Below are positions 50,141-62,649 of a stretch of DNA of 64,000 bases, one piece after another; the first letter of the stretch is position 1; every line of letters starts with the position of its first letter. Where the stretch lies: positions 72,405,757-72,469,756 of the forward strand of contig NC_090380.1 of the NCBI RefSeq assembly GCF_036365525.1. The letters are read 5' to 3'. The position numbers were made by a program, and so were the translations under genes. The DNA comes from Heterodontus francisci. Lineage: Eukaryota. Under the pieces are notes generated by a model. The model was not told where the DNA came from. It saw nothing but the letters and a program-made list of their open reading frames with translations, and searched no databases.

Positions 50141-53100
50141 AACGTTTTACAATCCAGAAAGGCATCCAATTTGTGATGCTGGAGGAAGACTGAGAATACA
50201 GATGGTGACACCACCAAGAGTGAATATCAGGCATAAGAGGAAGCAGATGAACCAACTGGAGAGATGTGGCTGGTTTATTCAAGACTCCTTCACTTAAGCG
50301 TAAAGCACTGTTTGTCAACACACACCTATAAAGAGAATCTCTGTGCTGCTCAACCTGCTTTCATATTAATTCCATTCAATTAATTTAGGACCAAAGATGC
50401 AGATGTTACTGCTGCTGCCACTCTCTCCAGCAAGCACTGTATGAAAGTAAAGCCCTCTCAGATGGGGCTACAGGGGACAACATTGGGCTTCATTGCTATG
50501 CCAGTCAACAGCTGCATGTCTGAGAGGTTGTCCAAATGGGTCTGATATTCTACTAGCATCCTTCTTTCTGTGGCAGGAACTCTTGAGATCATCATTCACT
50601 TGCTTAGCAGTGATCTTTCTTTGGCTTCTACTCAGCTGTAGTTCCAAACATTAAGCCTCTTGGATTGCTTGTGCTCTGTGACTAACCCAGTGACATTTCT
50701 TCATCTATACTATTTCGCTGATTGACAGTCACTTTATTTGAGCCAGTGAGATGGAAATGATTGGGTGACTGAGAGTCTAAGCCTGCTGCCAGCTATGGAA
50801 GGGTCAGGAATTCCTTTCTGCAATGCCTGACTTGTTGCCTCTTTGCTTCATGATTCTGAAGAAACAAAAGAAAAGCTTTTGTTACCAGATTTCTGCTGTC
50901 GCTTACTACTATCCTTATCTTTTAGTTATAAGTTCTGTTTATGCTTGTGTCTCTTTCCATAACTAGAGCCTCCAATATAATGATGATCCTTCACAAACTG
51001 ACTGAGAGCTCATGGCCTCCAGGTTTTCCAGCTCATGAGGAGTTATTCCTAGGGTAGGAACGGCTTCTTCCTCTAACTGGGTCAATTGCTTGGCGTGTGA
51101 GAGACCTCTACCTATGGCGAGCTGCCTTATGGCATTGTGTGCCAACTTCTCCTGAAAGAATTCATAAATGTTAAATAGCACCAGCACTCTTTGATGTTTA
51201 TCTCATTTGACTGTCAGCATGTAGTGAGATAGAAGGATGTATTAGATGTTTGGATATTGGAGATGAACTTCAAAGGGCAGGATTGCATTGCAAGATGTGT
51301 GGGAATTTTAAACAGGAGGGTCTATGACAGATAAGCTGACATGTACATATGTGTTCTTTGTAATCCCAATGATGCTGAACCTCAACATTGAGCACAGAGT
51401 GTTGAATTTTCTCTGAGGCCATCAGCAAGTTGGCAGGGTACTTAATTGGCAGGTCACATTCCCTTGCTACCTTGGTGAGCTAATTAAATTTTCTCCTACA
51501 TTGCGGGGGCATGATACTTGGCATTATGTAGATGCTGTTGCTTGCTTTGCCACCTCCTTCCACATGACATGCGCTACTGATGGCAAGACTCCATCCCTTT
51601 TCTGCCTTATTTCAGTCAGCACCACCTCCGCATTGTAGTCTGCAAAGTTTGAAACCATTATTTCTCCCTTGTCAGGTGCTATCCTCCTCCCTCCTCCAGG
51701 AACCTTGCCTCTTTAACGATACACAGGCTTTAAAATTATGCTCTGTCTCTGCTTCTGACCTTCCCACACCCTGCTGGCATCTACCCACACCGCCCTCCTC
51801 TCCCACCCTGGGTTTTCAAGGCTTCCCAATTATGTCCTGATTTTGGCAAGACTCACATTCACATCCTAATCTATTATTAAAATGAACTGACTCCAGGACA
51901 TCTGACAAGGTTAACATTCTGTGGTACCAGCAGCTAAACGTCCAACGGAACAAGGCGAAGCACATTTCAGGTCCTGTGTCTTGAGTTCTGTATTGAGAGA
52001 CCATTTTGAGCTGTGTAGGGTAAAGAATTTATAATTACAGATTACTGGTGGTGGTTGTTAGAACAATTTGAGGTACTGAATTTAATATCATGTAAAAATA
52101 TATAACATAACTGAAGCCTCTTGCCTTAAATACAATATTTCTTCTAACATATTAGTAGAAATAAATGAAATAATCCCAGTGACATTCTAGGACCTTGAGC
52201 TTTCTCAAACAGTTATACCCTATCCTAGATTTCAAGACAGTTAAAAAAAAATCTAATCAAATTTATTTGGTACAGATGGAGATAATGGTCCCAAATTTCC
52301 TCAAGGAATGGGTAAATTCAGCAACAATCCAGCAGAAGTAATCAAAATATGGCAGTGTCTCCGTTGTGTCAGGTCCTTGCTAATTGTGGGATTTTCCCAG
52401 TCGGCTTTGTTTGGGACAGAACCTCTGCCTGTTCCTTACAAGGCCAATATTGTCAGTGCCTTTGCAGAGAGATCCTACTTCTCTGGCTCAGCAGGGATTT
52501 GTTGAATTCCTGGAGGACGGTACACTGAGTGAGATGCAGCACACTGGACCCCAATGGCTCAAGTGTACCTCAACCTGGGGGAGAGGCATCCATGCATGTA
52601 GAACAGCCTTGATCTCTACAGAAAGGGTAAGTTTGTTTTTAAATTGGACAGGGGAGCGAGGGGAGCATTATTGAGACTTCTGGGGTGGTTGGTGGGGGTG
52701 GGAGGGTAGAAAGCTCCTGGGCAACCACACCCTCTCTCCAGTGGTGATTGGTTTTCCAGCTGCATGGGGCAAGCAGGTACCAGAGCTGTGCCACTAGTGG
52801 CTTTAGATGTCTTCCGTTGCTTCTGCAAACTCCTGTGGGGTCAGCAAAGGAGGGCATCGGAATTACAATGATGTACTTGGAACTGATGTCCATCCTGTCA
52901 GGAAAGCATTTGGGTTAGGCCCAGGGCTTGGAATTTTGAGAATCCTGCTGGGCCCCAATGATTCATTTCTCTCTGTGCAGTTGGACATCAGATAGCAAAA
53001 TGTTCTGAAAAGCTACTGTGGAAGTATGGATGTTAATACTTGTTTTTTTTAGACTTGGACATTGGAATTACAGCATGGGATATGAGTGCATGAATGCTTA

Positions 53101-53682
53101 TTGCATTTGTCTGAAATTCCTTTCTCTAATTTTAAAAAATGATAGAGTTTCTGACAAATGCATTCAGAGGTTAGTAGACACAATGTAATTCTTAGAATTT
53201 GAAAGACAAAAAGATTAAAATACTACTGATAAAGCAGTTCCATCGGTTGATTTTTTCCTCTTGAATAATGCAAACCTCCACCTCTTCCCAATTTTCCATA
53301 TGTTTTTCTCACTCGCTTTTCATATCCAGTTGCAACACACCTTTAACCCTTAAGAACAGTATTAACCTGTGAGCATCTCCATGCTGAGGATCAGTGGTGC
53401 CCTGTAACCAGCCTCCAAGGGTTCAGAATTCAACATATTTTAAGAGTTAAGTGAGACAGACAGTTCCTGCTTTTTCTCCCCCCCCCTCCTGTTTCCCCCC
53501 CCCTCCCAAAAAAAAGCAGGCAAAGTGTACCAGCATTGCTCATCCAAGAAATTAACAAACTGTACCCAATTTCTTTGGAGTCAAATTCTCAATCACCCCT
53601 GCATGAACTTAACTGTTCAAAGACATTTTTGAGATGTCTGCCCCCACCCACCTCATTAATCACTTTTGTCTCTTCCTCTTAG

Positions 53683-54090
53683 TCATTCCAGACACGCTCA
53701 GTGCAACATCAGTACCCCAGACCCTGGATAAAGTAGAAGGTGACTCCCTGGAACTGCTCTGTGACGTATCCAAACAAACATCACAGCACACACACGTGGC
53801 TGTCACATGGTACCTACAGAAGAGAGATCAGAATCTCAAGGTCATCTCTCTAACACGAGATTTCATCCTACGTTCTGGAGAGTCATATAAGCAGCGACAG
53901 GCATCAGGAGATGTACGACTGGATAAGATTGGAGTCACTTCATTCAAACTAACCATCTATAAACTGCAGGCGTTTGATCAGGGCGAGTTCTACTGTGAGG
54001 CTAGAGAGTGGATCCAAGACCCAGACAGGTCTTGGTACACCATAGCTACCAAGCGCACTGACAAAACGTCTGTGAATATAAAAGCTACTG
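53683..54090 (+). CDS. igsf3: IGSF3 (EWI-3) exon encoding Ig V-type domain 2
   Basis: Pyrimidine tract plus AG at 53681-53682 and GTAAGT donor at 54091; 408 nt, phase 1-1. Translation VIPDTLSATSVPQTLDKVEGDSLELLC...QHTHVAVTW...VISLTRDF...GDVRLDK...DQGEFYCEAREWIQDPDRSWY closely matches my recollection of vertebrate IGSF3 domain 2 and contains the EWI motif. Confidence 0.93.
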
Positions 54091-54614
54091 GTAAGTGGTT
54101 ATCATTCAAAAGCAGTGATCAAAATAAGCATAGCCATTATAGGAATAAGCAGAGAATTATGTGTTGTCGGCACATAAGATGTGAAAAAGGTAATGCTAAA
54201 ACGATCATAATCAGGGTTCCAGAGCAGCTAAGGATGGTTATGCCTGGTGATCTCCTGACTGTTGTGTTCTGAAAGTCAGGCCATGTCAGCCGTTGATGCC
54301 ATGTAGACGTCATGTAAGTATGGGGAAGAAATATTGGAGGATGAGCCACGCTCAGCTGCTTAGTCAAACGCTTGGTTTAGATGGTACCACTCTTGCCTAT
54401 TTAGGAGTCCCTTACAGCTGCACACAACTGGTGTACTCCACTGTTGTGAGGCACTCCACTTAGCAGCTCAGGGAAAATGACAAACTCCTCACTGTGCGGA
54501 GGGTTCCTATTCCTTCTTGCTGTCTCAGTGATTCTTGCTGATAGTATGCACATATGGACACCAGGTGAGAACAGGATCAAGAAGCCCATTGAGAAGTATC
54601 AAAAGCAAAATGGT

Positions 54615-54718
54615 ACGGATGCTGGAAATCTGAAAGAAACAGAAAACAGCACGTCAGGCAGCATCTATGGAGAGAGAAGCAGTTAAAATTTCAGGTCGAT
54701 GATCTTTCAGGAAAACTG
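54615..54718 (-). mobile_element. Penelope-type terminal fragment with the hammerhead core destroyed
   Basis: Homologous to 20235-20348. Confidence 0.55.
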
Positions 54719-54769
54719 AGTTGACAGTCACTGCCTGGCTGATTAAACAAGAATGGCCACCTCAATAGC

Positions 54770-55408
54770 AAAGCATATTGCAAAGCGTATGGGATCTTGG
54801 GTTTCGTAAATAGAGGTATTGAGTACAAAAGCAAGGAAGTTATGCTGAGCCTTTATAAAGCTCTGGTTAGGCCACAACTAGAGTATTATGTTCAGTTCTG
54901 GTCACCACACTTTAGGATGGATGTGAGGGTCGTTGAGAGGGTGCAAAGGAGATTTATCAGAATGGTTCCAGGGATGGGGAATTTTAACTACAAGGTTAGA
55001 TTGGGAAAGCTGAGATTGTTCTCCTTGGAGCATTGGTGATTTGATAGATATGTACAAGATTATGACAGGTTTAGATAAGGTGGACAAAGAAAAGCTGTTC
55101 CCATTAGCCGATGGTACAAGGATTAGGGGACACAGATTTAAGGTTTTGGGCAGGAGATGCATGATGTGAGGAAGAACTTTTTTATGCAGCGAGTGGTAAT
55201 GGCCTGGAAGTCACTGCCTATGAGGGTGGTGAAAGCAGAGATGAGTAATGATTTCAAAAAGAAGTTGGGTGGGCGCTTGATGGAAATATACTTGCAGGGC
55301 TACGGGGATAGAGCAGGGGAATGAGACTAACTGGATTGCTCTACCGGAGAGCAGGCATGGGCTCAATGAGCCGAAAGGCCTCCCTCTGTGCTGTTATGAC
55401 TCTGTGAC
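54770..55408 (+). mobile_element. CR1 LINE 3' fragment
   Basis: RGIEYKSKEVML.LYKALVRPQLEY; tail 'ccctctgtgctgttatgactctgtga'. Confidence 0.88.
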
Positions 55409-55635
55409 AATAATACAGCAGAGAGCAAGGTGAAATATCCCAGCAAGTGTCAGAATTCTTAGGAGAGAGGCAGCGAATCTTTGAAGTTTGGGAGGACAAA
55501 CTGCAGTAGGCAGATACGGGTAACAATCTCAGACAGTCATAGGACTTGAAAAACAAGCTTTTGGTTGTAATTCTTTACTGCTGGATTCCCAAGCTCTAAT
55601 TTTATCTGCATGTTCTTGTTCATGTTCTGTTACAG

Positions 55636-56025
55636 ATAAGAACTTCAACGTTCAATTGGAGAATGAAAGGAGAGTTTTCATAGCTGGAGATACCATGGAA
55701 TTAAGATGTGTCATTGAAGCTCAAAATATACAGGATCGATATTTCTCTGTTTTGTGGATTTTTAATGGTACACAGATTGCCAACATTGGCCGTAATGCTG
55801 TACCAACAGTCAATGTTGCTTACACAACCAGAGAGCGTCTGGGATATGTAAGGTTTGCAAAAGAGACTGATACAACATACCTGCTGAAAATCTACCATGT
55901 TCAACTGGAGGATAGTGGCAAATACCATTGTCGGGCCACTGAATATGAGAAAACAGTGACAGGAGAATTTATTGCCAGAGACACTAATAAATCTACTAAA
56001 ATATTAATCAATGTCCAGCCTGTCA
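55636..56025 (+). CDS. igsf3: IGSF3 exon encoding Ig domain 3
   Basis: ttacAG acceptor at 55634-55635 and GTAAGT donor at 56026; 390 nt, phase 1-1. DKNFNVQLENE...LRCVIEAQNIQDRYFSVLW...EDSGKYHCRATEYEKTVTGEFI. The EKTVTGEFI segment points to IGSF3 rather than CD101, IGSF8 or PTGFRN. Confidence 0.93.
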
Positions 56026-57681
56026 GTAAGTAACTGTCTAAAAATATTTTTGTACCTTGAAGTATCAACTATATAATCTTTTGATAGCTGCAGAGCGATT
56101 CCCTTTCAGGCAGACAAAGAAGTTGATTTATTGCAGAAGTGCCTCTAGTTAGTGTGCTTTTTGTCACAAGTAGTCTTTCTCTGCAACTAATGTCTCGTAC
56201 TTTGAATTCAAAGAATCTAATCAGAGTTAAGTTGCTGTTTTCATACTGTCAAGGTTGCTCTAGGCTGTGTGGAAATATTGTTGCTTAGTGACACAGCTCT
56301 TATCAGTATACAAGGAAACGTAAAATAAAAACTTTCCCATGGTTACATAAGGGTCTGTTTGTTTCTACTAACGCTTCCTAAAGGAATCTGGGTTTAATGT
56401 GGCCTAGTTTTCAGACCCAGAACATATTTGAAAAAAAGATGTAGAATAAAATGAAGGGGAATTAGAGTAATGAAACCCAAACAATGTCATGGGGTCTAAA
56501 AGCTCACCAACTAACTTTTATAACTAGGGTTTTGCTGTTGTGCAGTAAAGTTATTGCAAAGCATGTGTTTGCAACAAGAACTTTTGATTTGGAGTGAGAT
56601 AGTTTTTGCTATCAAAAAGATGCTGTAGTGACAATTCAGTGTACAAGATCTCAGTGATCCGCCTGCAACTTCTGCTGTCAGTTGTATTACTCAGGCAGAC
56701 ACAAACAAAACCTGACCAGAACAGTTGACTGAAAATCACTATCCAATGTTAGCATTGAGAGCATTTCCTTTTGATGTTTTTGCCTTTCATCTTTCCCCCA
56801 AAAGTGCTAGTGGCTTTACTTACACAAAAGCAGCAATACATTATGGCATTAATGTCAGATTTTTAATTTCTTCACATGAAATTATGTGAATCTTCTGTGA
56901 AGTAAAGAAAACAATCATGAAAGTGCTTCACACTGACACTCATTTATTGGAAATGCTCTGACTTCTGGTTTTCAAAAAGATTAGATGGACGATCAAGGGA
57001 ATAACATTAACGCAATGTAGTTTCCAAATTTACCATTTATGCTGACAATTGAGGTGCAGATCAAAACCAAAACCTAGTGATATCCAATCTTATCTTTAAA
57101 GAGCTAACTTCACAAATTCACAATTTTAAATTCAGAGGCAATGTGGCAACAACTGCATTTATGATCATATTTACTCTTATTTGCCTCTGCCATCCACCCT
57201 TTTTGCGAGTTAATCCCTCTAGTAACATAGAATTTGGTATGAACATGTTACAGTAACATTGCTCATAGTAGCTTCCAGGCTTGTATCCTCTCTTTGCTTC
57301 AAAGTAGGAATTGGAAATGAAAAGCCTCTGTGAAGCAGCAAGCTCAATGAAAACAGTTCACTCATTTGTAATGTTAATATATTCTTTGTTATTCACGATC
57401 ACTGCTGAAGTCAGCTTCCATAGGTAACTCTACATTTCCTATGAACTGAAGCTTGATCTCATCTAGAAAATAATCTGCATGGAAAAAAATTAACTTGTCT
57501 ACTATTGGGATATGCTTTGGAAATAAATTGGCCTGGCCATTATATGATCTCTCTAAACCAATGAAATGCACAATACTGTCAGACTGTGTAGTTCAGGCTA
57601 AAAATTTAAAACAATGTTTTCTGAAATAACATTATACAGAACCACAATTGAAACAGCATTTTTTTTAAAAGTAGCATTATT

Positions 57682-59968
57682 GGGCTGAATTTTACCAGCC
57701 CCCTGATGGCAGGCAGAGGCCCATAAAATACCTCTGGGAGAGGCCCCCCAATGGGCCTCGCGCCGGGAAGCCCCACCCCATTTTACCGGTGACGCGAGGC
57801 CTCGGGGTAGACCCCCCACCGCCACTCAGCAACGGAACCTTAATTTCAATATTCTTTGGCCTCCTTATCTCGAGAGACAATGGATAAGCGCCTGGAGGTG
57901 GTCAGTGGTTTGTGGAGCAGCGCCTTGAGTGGCTATGAAGGCCAATTCTAGAGTGACAGGCTCTTCCACAGGTGCTGCAGAGAAATTTGTTTGTCGGGGC
58001 TGTTACACAGTTGGCTCTCCCCTTGCGTCTTTTTTCCTGCCAACTACTAAGTCTCTTTGACTCGCCACACTTTAGCCCCGCCTTTATGGCTGTCCGCCAG
58101 CTCTGGCGGACGCTGGCAACTGACTCCCACGACTTGTGATCAATGTCACAGGATTTCATGTTGCGTTTGCAGACGTCTTTAAAGCGGAGATATGGATGGC
58201 CGGTGGGTCTGATACCAGTGGCGAGCTCGCTGTACAATGTGTCTTTGGGGATCCTGCCATCTTCCATGCGGCTCACATGGCCAAGCCAACTCAAGCGTCG
58301 CTGACTCAGTAGTGTGTATAAGCTTGGGATTTTGGCCGCCTCGAGGACTTCTGTGTTGGAGATACGGTCCTGCCACCTGATGCCAAGTATTCTCCGGAGG
58401 CAGCGAAGATGGAATGAATTGAGACGTGGCTCTTGGCTGACATACGTTGTCCAGGCCGCGCTGCCATAGAGCAAGGTACTGAGGACACAGGCCTGATACA
58501 CTCGGACTTTTGTGTTCCGTGTCAATGCGCCATTTTCCCACACTCTCTTGGCCAGTCTGGACATAGCAGTGGAAGCCTTTCCCATGCGCTTGTTGATTTC
58601 TGCATCTAGAGACAGGTTACTGGTGATAGTTGAGCCTAGGTAGGTGAACTCTTGAACCACTTCCAGAGCGTGGTCGCCAATATTGATGGATGGAGCATTT
58701 CTGACACACTGCCCCATGATGTTCGTTTTCTTGAGGCTGATGGTTAGGCCAAATTCATTGCAGGCAGCCGCAAACCTGTCGATGAGACTCTGCAGGCACT
58801 CTTCAGTGTGAGATGTTAAAGCAGCATCGTCAGCAAAGAGGAGTTCCCTGATGAGGACTTTCCGTACTTTGGACTTCGCTCTTAGACGGGCAAGGTTGAA
58901 CAACCTTCCCCCTGATCTTGTGTGGAGGAAAATTCCTTCTTCAGAGGACTTGAACGCAGCAGGGAGAAGAAAATCCCAAAAAGTGTGGGTGCGAGAACAC
59001 AGCCCTGTTTCACGCCAATCAGGATAGGAAAGGGCTCTGTTGAGGAGCCACCATGTTGAATTGTGCCTTTCATATTGTCATGGAATGAGGTGATGATACT
59101 TAGTAGCTTTGGTGGGCATCCAATCTTTTCTAGTAGTCTGAAGAGACCACGTCTGCTGACGAGGTCAAAGGCTTTGGTGAGATCAATGAAAGCAATGTAG
59201 AGGGGCATCTGTTGTTCATGGCATTTCTCCTGTATCTGACGAAGGGAGAACAGCATGTCAACGGTCGATCTCTCTGCATGAAAGACACAATATTAAAATC
59301 TATGTTAATCACTGAATAGTTACCTACCCTTTCACGATGGGCGTCCTGCACCGATATTCTGGCTGGTTGCCGGATGTCTCGCGACTTCGAATCTCCGTTT
59401 GGTGATCCGAGGCGGAACACTGCTGGGGAGGGGAGAGGAGTGAAGTTTACAGGTGTTGGGAGGAATGGGTGGGGGGAGGTGTGTGAGCGGGGAAAACTCT
59501 TCCTTTTGGTTGTGGGGATGGTGGGAAGGGGTTGAGGGTCAAAGGTAATGAAGTTCAGAGGGGAAGTTCGAGACCTGTAAAAAAAAAATGCTTCTTTTGT
59601 GGGGGGGAGAGTAACTTACATATTTATTACATTGGAGGTGAGGGAGAGGGAATTGAGAATGTGAATAAATGTCTATCTTTATTTTTCAGGATTCTGTCAC
59701 TTTAAACATTTTAATGAGGTCCGAAGGGCCTGAAGCCGTTTAAAAATGGCGCCCACACCGGCACCTGCAGAGTGGCACCGGACGCTGTTGCCAGGGACAG
59801 AGTGCCTGCCCCCTCTATGTCATTGGGAGCAGGCGGTCTGCCCCCTCCATGTAAATGAGCCGCTGCACGAAATATTGTGGTGGATCAGCGGCGCATAACT
59901 CAAGCGCGCGCCGCGCTTTTTTTTATGCTCGCCACCAGGATCGGCGGCGAGCTTTCAAAATTCAGGCC
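57682..59968. mobile_element. Non-autonomous PIF/Harbinger-like element, family C, split by an RTE
   Basis: TIR GGGCTGAATTTT / AAAATTCAGGCC; ATT on both flanks; the interior is a diverged inverted relative of 49331-50140. Confidence 0.75.
57854..59287 (-). mobile_element. 5'-truncated RTE LINE, young
   Basis: ORFs 57902-58903 and 58882-59256 with RT motifs; TSD CAATATT at 57847-57853 and 59288-59294. Confidence 0.93.
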
Positions 59969-60739
59969 ATTGTCTTCAAAGCAACAAACTCTTTTGTGTT
60001 TTTTTTACTTAAATGCACAGAATTGCACACACTGGGCCCTGCCTCACTGCAGCCACTGCATGAACTCAACAGAAGAACTCAGGAAACAATGTCATATATA
60101 TCCCCAGATTTAGGCAGCTTCTAGCTAAATCAGAATGAAAGGAGTTATCTTGGATATCATGTTGATTTAACAACAACACACAGCATATTCTTTATGCAAG
60201 AGATGCTAATTTTGACACAATATGAAGCTTTTGAAACTATAGATCTTACTTTTGATGGTTCAACCATTAGGGAAAATAATTCTCACATTGGCAATATTAC
60301 ATGTATTGACATTGGTATCTGTCAAACCAATCTAGACCTAATCATCGATCACATATGGACAAAGACAAAAATAACCAGTAAACTAACCTTTCCCCCACTG
60401 CCCCCCCTCCTTCCTCTGCTACATTTGCATGTTAATCCCAAGCAGTTTACCCTAGATTTATAGCAATAAAATAAATAGATCACTGCCAGTATTAAAATAA
60501 CATCTAATCAAAAAATCTACACTATTACTTGTTCTGTCACAAAGAGAACAGAAATCTTACCCAGAAAACATTCATAAAAGCCATTTTTAAAAAGTTAAAT
60601 CATTGGTATTGCTACAAACTCCAATAAAGCATAAAATATATATTTTTTTATGATCTAAAACAAGATGAATCCTCACTTCTGTTTCTAATATCTTTATACA
60701 TAACTATAAATTGAACTAAAAGCATTTTGTTTTCTGCAG

Positions 60740-61141
60740 AAAGTTCTCTGAGTACAACTGTTACCAGTAACACTACCAAGGTCTTGGAGGGTAACTTGCT
60801 GCAGTTCAGCTGTGATGTTCATTCAGCAATCGGAAACTACAGTCGCCTTTCTGTCACCTGGCAGTTATTAAACAAACAGGGGCAGGTCACTGATATCATC
60901 AGCTTGGACCAGGACGGTACTCAGGTTATTGGTCCACTCTACCATAAGCGTGGTGCTAATGGAGACCTCAGGCTGACCAAACAGCGGCCAGGTTCTTTTG
61001 TGCTGCAACTACATAATGCGGTGATATTAGATGATGGAGAGTATGTTTGTACAGTGGCTGAATGGATCATGAACGTGGGTGGAGATTGGCAGCGAATAGG
61101 AAAACAGTCTGCTCATGTTGTCGCAGTGGTAACTCGTCTTG
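60740..61141 (+). CDS. igsf3: IGSF3 exon encoding Ig domain 4
   Basis: tttctgcAG acceptor at 60738-60739 and GTAAGT donor at 61142; 402 nt, phase 1-1. KSSLS...VLEGNLLQFSC...SVTWQL...LDQDG...DDGEYVCTVAEWI...GDWQ. Confidence 0.92.
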
Positions 61142-61629
61142 GTAAGTACTCACATCAAAAAAGCCTGAGAGCTGAAAATTTTCTCTGCACTAGTCTAGTT
61201 ATTGTCTCATTATCTAAAAGAAGCATTTTTATGTAGATTATATTAATATTGGATATGTTGTGGCAGTGGAAGTATTGACGAAATAACCTATTTCAGTTGT
61301 AATGCTAGAATCTCAACTTATGAAGTATGTAATTGATGAGTTAAAAATGAGTGCAGCATAATATTTTCAGTGTAAAGCCATTGGATTGGATCACGATTGA
61401 GTTGTAGAGAGAAAAGCGTGCATTTGCTGAAACCCTGCACTTCCAGCGATTGGTTGTTGGGGTACGCTGTGTGTCCAAGCTGGAATAAGGAATAAGGAAG
61501 ACAGTACCAATGCACTCGCACACATTTTATAGTGGATTGAGTTACTCACTGTCACTTGAGGTGTTGGTGCTACACACTTTGCCTAGCCCATGCTTGTCAG
61601 TTGTTTCATGACTAACTAGTGACTATCCA

Positions 61630-62234
61630 AGGAGATTGGAGGACAAGAATAAAGAGGTCTTGCTACAATTGTTCAGGGCTTTGGTGAGACCATACCTGGA
61701 GTAGCTTTGATCTCGTATTTAAGGAAGGATATACTTGCCTTGGAGGCGGTACAGCGAAGGTTCACTAGATTGGTTTCTTGAATGAGAGAGTTGTCCTATG
61801 ATGAGAGGCTGAATAAATTGGGTTTATATTCTCTGGAGCTTAGAAGAATGAAAGGTGATCGCATTGAAACATACAAGATTCTGAAAGGGCTTGACAGGAT
61901 AGACACTGAGAGGTTGTTTCATCTGGCTGAGGATTCTAGAACACGGGGACACAGGCTCAGTATAAGGGGACAATCATTTAGGACTGAGATAAGGAGAAAT
62001 TTCTTCACGCAAATGGTTGTGAATCTTAGGCATTCTGTACCCAGAGGGTTGTGAATGCTCCAATGTTGAATATAGTCAAGGCTGAACTGGACAGATTTTT
62101 ATTCTCTCAGGAAATCAAGGGGAGCAGGTTGGAAAGTGGAGTTGAGACCAAGGATCAGCCATGATCGTACTGCATGATGGAGCAGGCTCGATGGGCCGTA
62201 TGGTCTATTCCTGCTCCTATTTCTTATATTCTTA
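61630..62234 (+). mobile_element. CR1 LINE 3' fragment
   Basis: LSYDERLNKLGLYSLE.RRM.GD.IETYKI; tail 'cctgctcctatttcttatattcttat'. Confidence 0.88.
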
Positions 62235-62649
62235 TCCTTCATGAAGTTGGGAAGCGGATGATGGAGGGATTTGTTCGTGGGGCAGAAGGTAAATATGATC
62301 TTTCTGAGGCAGCTCCAGGGTATCATGTCTGGAGATGGAAGGTTATATAACCAAGTCAAAACACTGTTTAAGTCTTGACAATCCAAAATCTAACTTGGCT
62401 GAGCTGAGATATCCCCGTGGTCAAATAACATTCACTGGCTGAGTTTACACACAAAGAATGGTCATACTGTTAAGATGTTATAAGATGCCCAACACCTGTG
62501 GAATGATACCCCAGTACAAGTGGGTGCCTTCCGGAAGGAAAGGAGGGAGAGGGAAAAGATCTTGGTATCCTTCTGTGACATAAAGTATTTTGAGAAGTTT
62601 TTAGATTATAGAAGTTGATGCTAACATCTTGTTTTTGATTACTTGACAG

